This document shows, piece after piece, positions 37,531 through 48,789 of a stretch of 64,000 nucleotides of DNA. How positions within the stretch are numbered: position 1 is the first letter of the stretch; every line of letters begins with the position of its first letter. Made by a program: the position numbers and the translations under genes. The notes beneath the pieces were generated by a model, which saw only the letters and a list, made by a program, of their open reading frames with translations, did not search any database and had not been told where the DNA came from. The stretch is from assembly GCF_964355755.1 (NCBI RefSeq), contig NC_092677.1, forward strand, positions 17,816,101 through 17,880,100, written 5' to 3'. Source of the DNA: Antedon mediterranea. Lineage: Eukaryota > Animalia > Echinodermata.

Positions 37531-39679
37531 TAACGTAAAAACTCGTTCACCAGAAATGTGTTCTTCCACACAGTATAATGTATACAATCGGGAAAACAAT
37601 AAGTAAGTTTAAGTTTAAGTAAATTTATTTACTTTAAAAATGTGAAAACCAATGATCGCGCGATACCAAGATTATTTATTTATGTTACTAATGAATTGAT
37701 AGTGATCAAAGGGATCGAAAGGCGGATATTTACCTGACGCTACCCATGTTAAAATAAATTCTTTTAAGGCAATATGAATTAATTTGTATATGTATTATCA
37801 TTAAAGTTTGATTACATTATAATTATATTAATATGCCTTTAATAATGTTTGATGATAATAAATTATAGCGCAGCGTAGTTTATTTTAATCGTGAACGGCA
37901 GCAGAGTGAATCGCTGAATTACACCGATAGGCTTAAATCCGTTCAAAGACGCCGCAGTAATCGTTGGGCTAAGATTCTTATTGAACATTCACCTAATATT
38001 AGATGGAACGATTAGCCTGGCTCTGACACAGCATTCTAGGTAGACTGTCTATAGAATGAAGCATTAAGGACCGCATTGTCTTTATAAAATGACTTTAAAA
38101 TTTAGTTAAATCTGAAGTACTATACTGTATAAAATGAATAGTCAGTTAAACGTGTTTTCCCATGACTTTAAAACATCGGATTACGCCATAGAAATTCTGC
38201 CAAAACAGTTTGTCTTCTTTTTCATTGGGATCATTTATCGTGTGTTCAATTGGTGATACACAATTTCAATACACTCTTCACAGTGCTGCTATATTTTATT
38301 TGATCAAAGTGAATAGTTATATGCAAGATATATATGACGAATATACTTTACCATGAAGAAAGATATTGCGAATACCGAATTTTAACGAATATATAAAAAA
38401 ATTTCCATAAAACAATATGAATAAAACACAAAAATGAAGAACAAATATACGCCCGTAGAATATGCTGATAAAAACAGCCTTTCATCAGGCTGCCGCGATG
38501 ATGCTCACAAACGCAGTTTATATCACAGTGTCGTGATATTATAAGGTGAACAAATCGAACTTAATACTTTTATTCAATCAATTTCAGGCAAATATAAATA
38601 GAAACTTTTCATACTAATACATCCATTTATTCGCTTAAAATGTTATAATTATTTATACTTTATTTATCCTCATTACAATGCAGCTCCCAATATACGGTAG
38701 GTAATAGCTAGACTCGTATGTTCGTTCTAAATTAGCGGTAAGTATAGCATTGGATAGGCCTCGCTATACTCATACCGAGTATAATGACCATATATTTATC
38801 TCTCTATGCTTATCTATATTGCTAATACAAACAACAATAAACAATTAATTTAAAATATTATCGAATGATGTATCAATGTTCGAGTAGCTTCGAATTTCAA
38901 GATGGTATTTTTTTCTTTTACAAAATAAGTCCTTGTAGGTTTTTGCATCAACAAAATAGAATTAACGTTATAGTCAACGAACGACTTTACTATACTCACG
39001 GTTACAACATACATTCTACATATTATTCAACATCACACAATATAATAACCTATGTAGAGCAATAAAATTAAACTCGTTTATTTAAAATTTTATTTTCAAC
39101 TTAAGGTTACCGGTATATTCGACAATAATTATTAATGTTCTCTTAATATTACTCTTAATATTACATAAAAATATGAATATTGAAAAAAATTAAGTACACA
39201 TTGATATTCATAATAATTAATATGTTAAGAAATTTCAACCTATGGTAGGTTGAACTAGAGTTTATCTAAAGTCCGTTTTTTCTTTGTAGAACGTTTAAAT
39301 AAACGAATAGGCCTAATGCACTTAACATTAAAATATTTTCAACACAATATTTGTAACTGAATGGTTAAAAATAGATTTGCATTTATTACGGAAGTTTGTT
39401 TTATTCCATATTAGATAGATTAGATTAGATTTAACTATCCTACCATTTCTACTACAATAAACTACCGCTAAAAATGAACGAATTTTCATTTCGCTTTAGT
39501 TATTAAAACATAGTTTATTTTAATATATATATATATAATTTTTGCATGTGATTAAAAACAACTAAAATTTAAAAAATCGCTAGATTTGTTGACGACCAAA
39601 CCTAGCTGTAAACTGTGATTAAAAGCTGTGGTTTATTTTTTGTTGTGGTCACAGAAATAATCGCCATAGGCACTGTAAG

Positions 39680-39900
39680 CGGGCGCCAATCTAAAACCTT
39701 TTCACTACACTTTTTTTGTAGCTTTGGCTCGCGTGGAGTTGAAGGAAGTTGCCCGAAATAAGCTCCGCCTACTTTGGGCGGAGCGAATGAGTTTGTGTGG
39801 GTTATTCCATTATTATAGCGCGCTGTCAATTACCTAAAGTAGCGTCAATGAACGACTAATACAATTGGCTAATTCTTAGTAGATCATCAAGTCACTGCCA
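39680..39900 (+). promoter_or_regulatory. Putative Irx proximal promoter
   Basis: Local GC/CpG rise 400-600 bp upstream of the ATG; CCAAT at 39686-39690, ATTGG at 39864-39868, two GC-box-like motifs at 39762-39784. The TSS itself is not determined. Confidence 0.55.
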
Positions 39901-40289
39901 AAACATGGGCTCAGTGGGCCGTATGGTGATTAGATAGGGACTAACACAGTAGACTACTTAGATATAGTACCCTCCCTAGTAGCTAGCATAACTTGTTAAA
40001 GTGACATACAGTGGGGTACTACAATCAAATCCACCTAACAATACTATACGTAACACTTTGGAATATAAGCACATGCAAGTTTTGGAAACTGTTTAAAACT
40101 GTTTCTACCTGTGAAACATCGTGTGGGAGATTAGTGTTACTCTATTACTTGAACTGTATCAACGTGTTTGTACAGAAACCTATTCATGGTGTAGCTGACT
40201 TAAGTTTGAACTGAATGGCACAAATATAAATACCAGAAGTTTATCTACAACAACTGGTTTTGGAATTATATTGAAATCGTCTTCAAGAA

Positions 40290-40334
40290 ATGTCTTCCTA
40301 TCCACAGTTCAGCTACCCGTTTTCAACTTCACAG
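40290..40334 (+). CDS. Irx: Irx exon 1 ([15 protein letters not shown])
   Basis: ATG at 40290, 15 codons matching the Irx N-terminal MSYPQFGY-type motif, then donor CAG/gtaaat. Confidence 0.9.
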
Positions 40335-43300
40335 GTAAATATAAGATGTTAATTGTTATTTTTTAAAAAGGATGTAAAACAACTTTAAAGCTAAAACTGT
40401 TTAAAATGTTGATATTTCGTTATTTTTTTCTTGTTTGTATAAAACCTAAACTATTCGTATTAGCTACTAGTTAATTCTATGCACTTCCCTCTTTATAGTC
40501 ATTTTTTTACTGGTACTTATGTACTCATATATAGCATTATAACTGTATTATTTACCATTTTTGTACAAATTTTAACATTTTCATTTCTTAATGAATAATG
40601 TTTTAACGCGCAAAACTTTAAAACAACCATTTCTGAAAAGATATAACTTGTACAAAAATATAATGGAACAATTTTTAATGCTTTTTAATAATATAGTACA
40701 AACATCATTCTATTAACTGAATAAATTGTATTTTCTTTAACTTACAGCTTCTAATGCCTTCAGCCGCACCTCCACCACCGACCTCGTGTTGTGATACAAG
40801 CCGATCCGATGCCCACAGCCAAGGCACAGCTGTCTGCTGTCCACTGGATAGAGCTGCCTTGCTGCACGGAAGGGTACCTGGTTTACCATCGCTTTACACC
40901 TCACCCTATGCTGAGCCTGGCCTTATGCACCTCGCAGCGGACCCATCAGCTTTTTATTCACCCCTGGTAAGCCGATTCTTTTTTAAATAGGCCTATTATA
41001 TACATTTTTTAATATTCTATACTATTAGTACTATTTTAGTCTTTGCTTACAAATATTACAACTAATCAATTCGGATCCAAATTTTTTTACGAAGACGGAC
41101 GATATGTTTTTGATAATAATTTATCATACCACACATGCATTAATACATTACTACATGTAATTTGAACTACTGTATGTAAATAATGTTACCATTAAGTTCA
41201 TATAGCGTGGCCTATATGCATTCATTTCATAATAGGCCTTACAGTAGGCTATTATTCAATGCTAGTGATATATCACATCGCAAATGAAAAACATATAGGC
41301 CTAGATAGATGTTTAATCTTTTTATTTGGTGACTAACATTTATGTTAAGATAACATAAACTGACGTATTTTGTATGTTTAATGATTTAAAGTAACAACAA
41401 GTTATTAAAGTAAAATTAGCAAGTAAATAATTTTAAGTAAGTAAGTGGTTTAACAATAGTATGTTATAATAAACTGTTTATTAACAGGCCTACTTTCGCA
41501 TTTTTACAACAATCTTTTTATTTAATTCAAAACCTAAAACCATTATTAAACATTGGAACATTAGGCATGTTGAGCAGGCAAATATGAACGTAATTTGCCG
41601 TTATTTCATGCCTAATTAAAAGTATCTGTTTACTGTTAACGGATTTGATGACCACAAAAATATGCATGGTGTTGTATCAACAGTCATTTATGTAGCTAGG
41701 CCTAGGTTTAGTAACATACGAGTAATGGGCATAATGTGTTAATTGTATATGTTAAATAATACAGTGGTAGGCATACACAGGACAGAGATGTATTCGTTAA
41801 TTACCGTTCATGAACCATCTAAACCTAAACTCTCCGTTTTTTCATAATAATAATTATTATGCCTATATAATTCAACCGCAAGGTACATTTGAGCCTTTAT
41901 TTATGTGACAAATTATGTATTAAGGTTAAATAGTTTAAGCAAGTAATAATATACTAGTTTCGGTATTTCGTTCTAAAAATCATTACAAATTACTTCGTAA
42001 AAAGAGGCCCGATGTAAACGTCATATTCGGTTAGATGTTAACATGAAATAGTTCTACAAAGTACTGTATTCGTTTTGATACTTTTTCGTCTCACGACTAT
42101 TCAGCATTTTTTTTATTTGATCCTTTCTATAAATCATGACGTTTAAAAAATCCATAAAAAGCATTGGTCTTTTTAACGAATTCCTTATAACATTTAATAC
42201 TGTGCTGGAAATAGAGTTATACTTTGTAGGATAGTAGTAGACCTATCTATGTGTTTATTTTTTCAACTGACCAATGTCCAATACTATTTTACAGAACGCA
42301 GCCTATGCAGATCTGAAGAACAGTTCGGCCGATGCCTGGTCAGCAATACACCAACCCACCGCTTGTTATCCCTACGATCCCACTACATACCCGTATTACG
42401 CTGACAGGTAGGAAACATTCATTTTATTTCCTTTTTAGAGCATCATTTTCATTTTTTACTTAAATATGAAACAAATATCGCGTGTGACGAATAATATAAA
42501 AAACCCAGAAGAATGCAATTCATTTTACATTAACAGTGTACGGATTTTCCGGCTATTAAGAGTAAAACTCGACATAATAGTCTGAATTAAGGGTCCTATT
42601 ATATTACGCTAACATATATACAGTTATAGTATGATCTAATACAATACATTACTATACGGTATTGTGTGATATGGTGTTATCCTTTGATCATTTAACGTCA
42701 GTCTTCTTGTATACTCAAAGAGCAAGCAAATAGTCACTCTATGGTACAGTATAATAATAGTACTGTATATCATAATCATACTTATGAATTCACGTGGATA
42801 GGTTAGGTCATCATCCGGTATAGAATGCAGGAAACTCCCGTGGAGTTAAATTTTACACATTTATATACATACATCCGTACACCAGTATTACGTACTTATG
42901 ACGTATAATATAACACTAATTGCTGTTAAATGGTAGATAGATAATGTGAAATAAATGTGTGCAAGAATATTTCTATATGAAAAAATAGAAATAGAAATCG
43001 ACAGAAATGATTACATAGGTATAATATATATGGTCTATTTTCCAAAAGCAGGTCGTAACTGTTTCGTTCATATTCATAATAATCGTGCCGTTTAGTGTGT
43101 CAGATATGGTCTTAAATACCTTAATCCAGAATCTACCGACACTATTGTATCATATACTTTATTAATAGGTAGTCCTACCACGGATCATATTCATTGAAAT
43201 GTTTTGTTTGCATGATTGTGGTGCGTGTGGACAGACGCCACTTCATAAAAGTTCGTAAAGTATTTAAGTTTATGTAGCGGTGTGTTTAACATTTTAAAAT

Positions 43301-46300
43301 TGTTAAAATTCCAAAAGAAATCACGTTCGACGTATTAAAATCTTATAGTAGCTAGAAGTCGTTTGTTCATGTACTTTATAATATTATTTATTTTAGTTTA
43401 TGTATTTGAAATTTAGTTTTCCCATTATTCATGATTTATCAATCTAATATTATATTAATCGCATATACAATAGCTATCGTTTTGTTATAGGCCTATAAAA
43501 TAATTATTTAACATATTTACACATTACTGCTTAATATTATTTGACGCTTACGGGTTAATTTAATTATGAAAGCACGATGAAGTCCAATATTATTCTCTAT
43601 CGATATGACCTCAATGATTAAATTTAATATTACGATAAGCATGATAAATTTGCTCCTGTTATCAAATATGAAATTAATAAAACACATCCAATTAGCGAGC
43701 GTGTTATACGGTGGTGGTTAAATGATGATATCATCGCTATTGTAACTCTTTCACAGGCGATTTGCCTTTGTGTAATATGCCAACCTTCTGACCCTGCCCG
43801 ATCGAATTCTTTACACTCTTATTTGTACAACAAAGCATTATTTAAGTCAACAATTAGTAATTAACATCATCTATTAAATGTACATTCGAAGCTGTAAGTA
43901 AACTGAATAAACTAGCGCGGGTCGTACTATGTACATTTTCTAGGTATTAGACCGCTCACAAGCCCTCAACCAATTAAATAAAAACTATTCGTACTCAATA
44001 ACGCTTTAACTGTCCAAAGGCGTGAAGAACTAATAGAGATACTGTGTTGAAATCTGTACTATCTGTACCAATATGCACAATATTTTACAACTGTAATACT
44101 TAATTGTACTTGTACTTATCTCCGCAAACCACAATTGTTAAAGCAGATATATTCGACGTTGTTTATGAAGGTGGACAAAAGTTAATTCGTGTACCGTGTA
44201 AGAAAGTGAATAAAGGAGACGATAAAGAGGGTTTAAGTATTAATAATAGTTCTTGTGTAAACGTACTAAATTATTTATACTTTGAACTGATTTGACTTTT
44301 CCAGATATGGGGCAATGGACATAAATGGAGCGCGAAGAAAGAACGCAACGAGAGAAACGACAAGTACTTTGAAAGCTTGGTTGTACGAACATCGAAAAAA
44401 TCCATATCCCACAAAAGGAGAAAAAATTATGCTCGCTATCATAACTAAAATGACTTTGACGCAAGTTTCAACGTGGTTTGCCAATGCAAGGAGGAGATTG
44501 AAGAAAGAAAATAAAATGACATGGTCTCCTAGAAATAGATGTGGGGATGGACGTAAAGATGATGAGTTTGATTCAGGAGATGAGGCTGACGAAACGCGCG
44601 AACGAGATCCTGCAGACGACACCTCGAGTTTGTTAGGTATGTAGAAAACTAGTCTGGTTTTAGTAAACAGACGATATGTGTATTTTGGTTTAATATAATA
44701 GTAGAGAATATAAACAATGAACTGAAACTAAAATTCTTGCTATATTAACAATATCCACAGAATTTGAGTGTAAATTATTGTACACAAAGAAAATAAGAAA
44801 GAATAACTTAGCACAATAAACACAAATGTAATATTGAACATTTTACTATTATAATACGACACATTTATTGGAAATCAAGAAACATTGACGTTATTAAATT
44901 AATCGTATCGGATATCTACAAGATAATTAGACATTGATACGGTACGCCCTTAATTGAAACTCCAATCAACCGTCGACTTATTATTGTACAGTTAATAAAA
45001 CAATCAATATCATTGTAGATTTTATTAACAGAGGTGATAGAATTTAACTACTGTGTTCATTAAAACATGAATAATGTCCTCGAGATTGTCTAAAAGCAAT
45101 ATTTGTAAATTAATGTTGATGGATTGAATTGAAAACTTGAAATACTTGGCTAACGAGTGTCATTATGATTGCCTCTGTTAAATTGTCTCCCCCTGGCAAA
45201 GTGGTTGCTGAAACCGCTGCCTTCGTTTGTATCCTTTCTATCGTTATCATTATAAAATCGATTATTCGTAAAACACCAGTTTTCAAATTTACAAAACAAA
45301 CTGTTTTTGATGCAGGTGTTCATGGTATGATGACCTGCTTGTCCGTATTCATTTGTTCAATAAATCAAACTGTAGGCCTATGTTTCTTCTTACAACGATT
45401 CCATAAATGCATTAATTAAAAATCATACGCGAAATATGTTGCGTATGGTTATAAGCCTCGTGGTTTTATTTTCATTGGCTACGAAATATGAATAGGATCG
45501 GTTATTGTCTGCCGTTGGTATGTGAACCACTTGTGACCCGAAAGAAGCCTGCTTACTCTGGTGATTCATCTTAAAATAATGTTAGGAAAACTCGGTTTCT
45601 ATTCCCGCAAGATCGCAATAGTTTATGTTACGTTGCTTTAGAACATAATTATTTTCATATATTTACTATGTGTAATTTATTACAGGTGATGATAATAAAG
45701 ATGATGAACCAATTGATGTTGAAGAAGAAGACTTCAAAGCTGCTGTAGGAGAAGCAGATGCAGCGATGGAACAGGAAGAAAGGAGGAGAGAACGAAATGA
45801 AATGAATGTACATTCACCTAAAGCAAATGATGTTGAATCATTAAAATCAGACTGTATAGATGAACATGATACGAATGAAAACTCACGTAAAGAAACAAAA
45901 AACATTACTCAACCAGAGAAACCAAAAATCTGGTCATTAGCACATACTGCCACGTCAAGCAGTCCAGATAGAAAATCACCAAATTATATCAGCCCGCATT
46001 CAATGCCTCACGGAATCCATTTCCGTCACGGACTAAATCCTTATAGTGCACACTTAGCTAGCTTTAGACATTGGATTGACGGACCCTATCAAAATGCTCT
46101 ACCGATGTCTAGGCTACATATGCCTTTAAATCATTTACCCACCGGTTCACAAGCGGCCACCACGTGCGTTGTTAGCAGCTCGGGGGTACCGTTGTTTTCA
46201 TCATCAATACCGCTTAGTGCAGATAGATTCCCAGGCATGACAGTGAAGGCGCCAGCACCCGTCACTATTTCAAGAAGTCCGGAGCCAGCCACGTCAGTAT

Positions 46301-47545
46301 CCTCGGCAGGTAAGGCAATATTTTAGATTTTATCGTATTTTTATACAATGCTTAAAGCACGAAATAGTAGTTATCATGTACAAATATTATTAATAAGTGC
46401 AATATAATATTTAGATTCAGAAGCGAAAATATTTAAATGAATGATTGATCGGAGTTTGATTTGACCAATTAAAATACCAACGAGCATACCTCCGCGGTGG
46501 CTTCGACTGGGCCTACGGTCTTTTACAAAATATGTAACGATTTGAATGTTAAACTTCAATGACAATCATTCGCAGCAGGAATACTTAAATAAACATCGTA
46601 CTGTTGTCCAAAACTCTTATTAAGCATGGCTCAAAAATTGTAAACTAAGTTAACATAACATATGAATTATTACTATAACACGCTTTATCAGTCAGCAATA
46701 TCGCATTTAAATCGTGTCATTACTGATTGAATGAACTGTAGAAATTCATACGAAGAGATCGAGTTACCTTTTTATAATGAATCGAAATTGATAACTTCTT
46801 GATTTAAACACACAATTCCAACTCTCTTTCATTTAAATATAATTTAAACTTTCCGCTTTCAACTTTTCAAGTATCTGCTCGTAAAAAAGCAAAACAAAAA
46901 AACAAAAAACTTGTCAAGCATTTCATTACTAAAATTATCAGGTAGGCCTATACTTTGTGTCATGTTGTTAAAAGTGATATATAACAATGCAAAGGTGACC
47001 AAAAGTTGCTACGACAGGTAAACTGTGTTAACAGGTAACCTGTTCGTTACTTATTAAATTACAATTTTAGTTAACAGGTAACCTGTTCGTTACTTATTAA
47101 ATTACAATTCTAGTCTCTTAGTAGTGATTAGTTTTGTCCCTTGTCGGGTTTAGAAATGACCTTAAGTAGCTGCTAATAAGTTCATCATTGTGCTACAATA
47201 TAGTTTTACATCAAATACAATCGCTTCTAAATGTAACATCTTTTCTATTTACTATTTTAATGTTGTTTTTACACAATACGTTTTAAGAATTTTACTTTTT
47301 AAATCATCTGTTATGTGTTCAATTGTTTTAATGTGTGAAAATGTGTTTTTTTTAACTCGCGTTTTATCGTGCCACTGTTACAGAAATTAAAGATGCAAAG
47401 AAAGATTATTATTACCATGATTTCAAAGTGTTTATAATGTTTTCAAATTTTTCTTATAGGAGAATGTGGATCTCCGGGGCATTTAGAAAGCGAATCATTG
47501 AGTCGATCGTTTACCACGGCTTTTAAACCTGTTCTCAAGCGATAA
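40290..47545 (+). CDS. Irx: Iroquois-class TALE homeobox transcription factor, 6 coding exons, 1419 nt / 472 aa
   Basis: Exons 40290-40334, 40748-40966, 42295-42407, 44305-44636, 45686-46309 and 47460-47545 all have GT..AG borders, with consistent phases (0,0,2,1,1) and a total length divisible by 3. The protein has the Irx N-terminus [10 protein letters not shown], the TALE homeodomain ([32 protein letters not shown]), an acidic region, the IRO box [12 protein letters not shown] and a C-terminal TAFKPVLKR. Paralog identity cannot be assigned from sequence alone. Confidence 0.95.
40748..40966 (+). CDS. Irx: Irx exon 2 ([15 protein letters not shown]...DPSAFYSPL)
   Basis: Acceptor cttacag/, donor CTG/gtaagc, 73 codons; SCC and AFYSPL motifs typical of the Irx N-terminal region. 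Confidence 0.9.
42295..42407 (+). CDS. Irx: Irx exon 3 ([38 protein letters not shown])
   Basis: Acceptor ttttacag/, donor AG/gtagga, phase 0 to 2; YPYD motif. Too short to appear in the ORF track. Confidence 0.88.
44305..44636 (+). CDS. Irx: Irx exon 4, TALE homeodomain
   Basis: Acceptor ttttccag/, donor G/gtatgt; encodes [78 protein letters not shown]. Confidence 0.98.
45686..46309 (+). CDS. Irx: Irx exon 5, acidic region and IRO box
   Basis: Acceptor ttattacag/, donor G/gtaagg; encodes [11 protein letters not shown] and [14 protein letters not shown]. Confidence 0.95.
47027..47113 (+). repeat. 43-bp tandem duplication in Irx intron 5
   Basis: gttaacaggtaacctgttcgttacttattaaattacaatt(t/c)ta occurs twice. 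Confidence 0.9.
47460..47545 (+). CDS. Irx: Irx exon 6, final coding exon ([28 protein letters not shown])
   Basis: Acceptor ttcttatag/, phase compatible with exon 5; AFKPV..KR motif; TAA at 47543-47545. Confidence 0.85.
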
Positions 47546-48754
47546 AAGGTACGTTTGAATTACATAAGCTTGACTATTTTAGAACAATGTGTATATTTAT
47601 TATAAACCCCTAATCAGTATAATTTAATCAATCAAAATAATATAAAAACCTATAATTCTTGATATTCTTAAAATATTTGAAATTAGTAATTCTATTAAAA
47701 TCTATCTATTGACAATCTAATCATAAATAACAGTAGAACTTGATTAAATTGATCTAATCATTGTAATCAATAAACCAAATGCTTTAATGTAATTCTTAAA
47801 AAATATAAAAAATTATAGCTTTCGACGAAAATGTTAATTTCATGAATCGATAATATTTTAATCACTTAAATATCAATCACTTTAGTTTCATAATTTGATG
47901 TAAAAAAATTAATTTAGCGATACGTTTCCCTCCATTACCACATTTTACAGCACAGGCAAACGTGTTAACATTAAAGTAATGACATAATAATATACATAAC
48001 TTGCGTATATTTAAGCCAGTCAAATATTGCGTGTTAATGAGATGGATTCGTGTTCATTATTTTAATTATCTTTACTTTACAGAAAATAGAAACAGAATGA
48101 AGAATATATATGCACTCTTGTCTCGGCATCTACCACTAGACAGTCGCCTCAGAGAATACATCACCAGGCCTAGCTCTTCGACTCAAAATCGTCAATATTA
48201 TAACTCATCTGTCGGCTAAAAGGACATTCCATTGAAAAGAAGAATATTATGTATTTGACTTTACAGAACAATTTCACCAAGAAATCAACAAAAGTTGTCA
48301 ACTCGTGTTCTCCATAAGTTTCAATCTATGTTTATACTTAGTTAATGGTAAAAGTTATATATCAGATATTTATTATATACAAATATTCTTAATTAATTTT
48401 TATCAATTTGGATTTGATACGGTATATATTTACAGGGTCGAATTTATATGTTCCAAAAAGTCAAAATTATTTCCGCGCCGACAGTTCATGAACCTTGGTT
48501 CCCACTAGGACGCAGCGCAATGACATAAGTGCACCACAAGTGATGTGACCAATCACAACGTAATAAATCATCGGAACTGTCGACTCGCTTGCGTAGTGAG
48601 TGGTAACACAGTTCTACAGAAATATGAAAATGCTACTGTATAGGCCTAATTGAAGTCTAAATAATGGCATTGTGATTTGAATTGTTTGATGAACAAATTG
48701 TTTTCTTTCTAAAAAAGATAGGCACATTTATTCTTGTCATCAATTCAAATAAAC

Positions 48755-48789
48755 CAGGGAAGAGTTAAATTTAATTTAACTCTTCCCTG
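48755..48789. mobile_element. Ultra-short palindromic hAT-like element
   Basis: AAATAAAC|cagggaagagttaaat-tta-atttaactcttccctg|AATAAAAC; similar termini to 15149-15196. Confidence 0.6.

Noticed and set aside
1-40000. Exons of the ankyrin-repeat gene Sowah, often linked to Irx
   Set aside because: No ankyrin-like or Sowah-like peptide recognised; small exons could have been missed without a search.
44240-45905. Minus-strand ORFs overlapping Irx exons 4 and 5
   Set aside because: Antisense shadows of the real coding frame.
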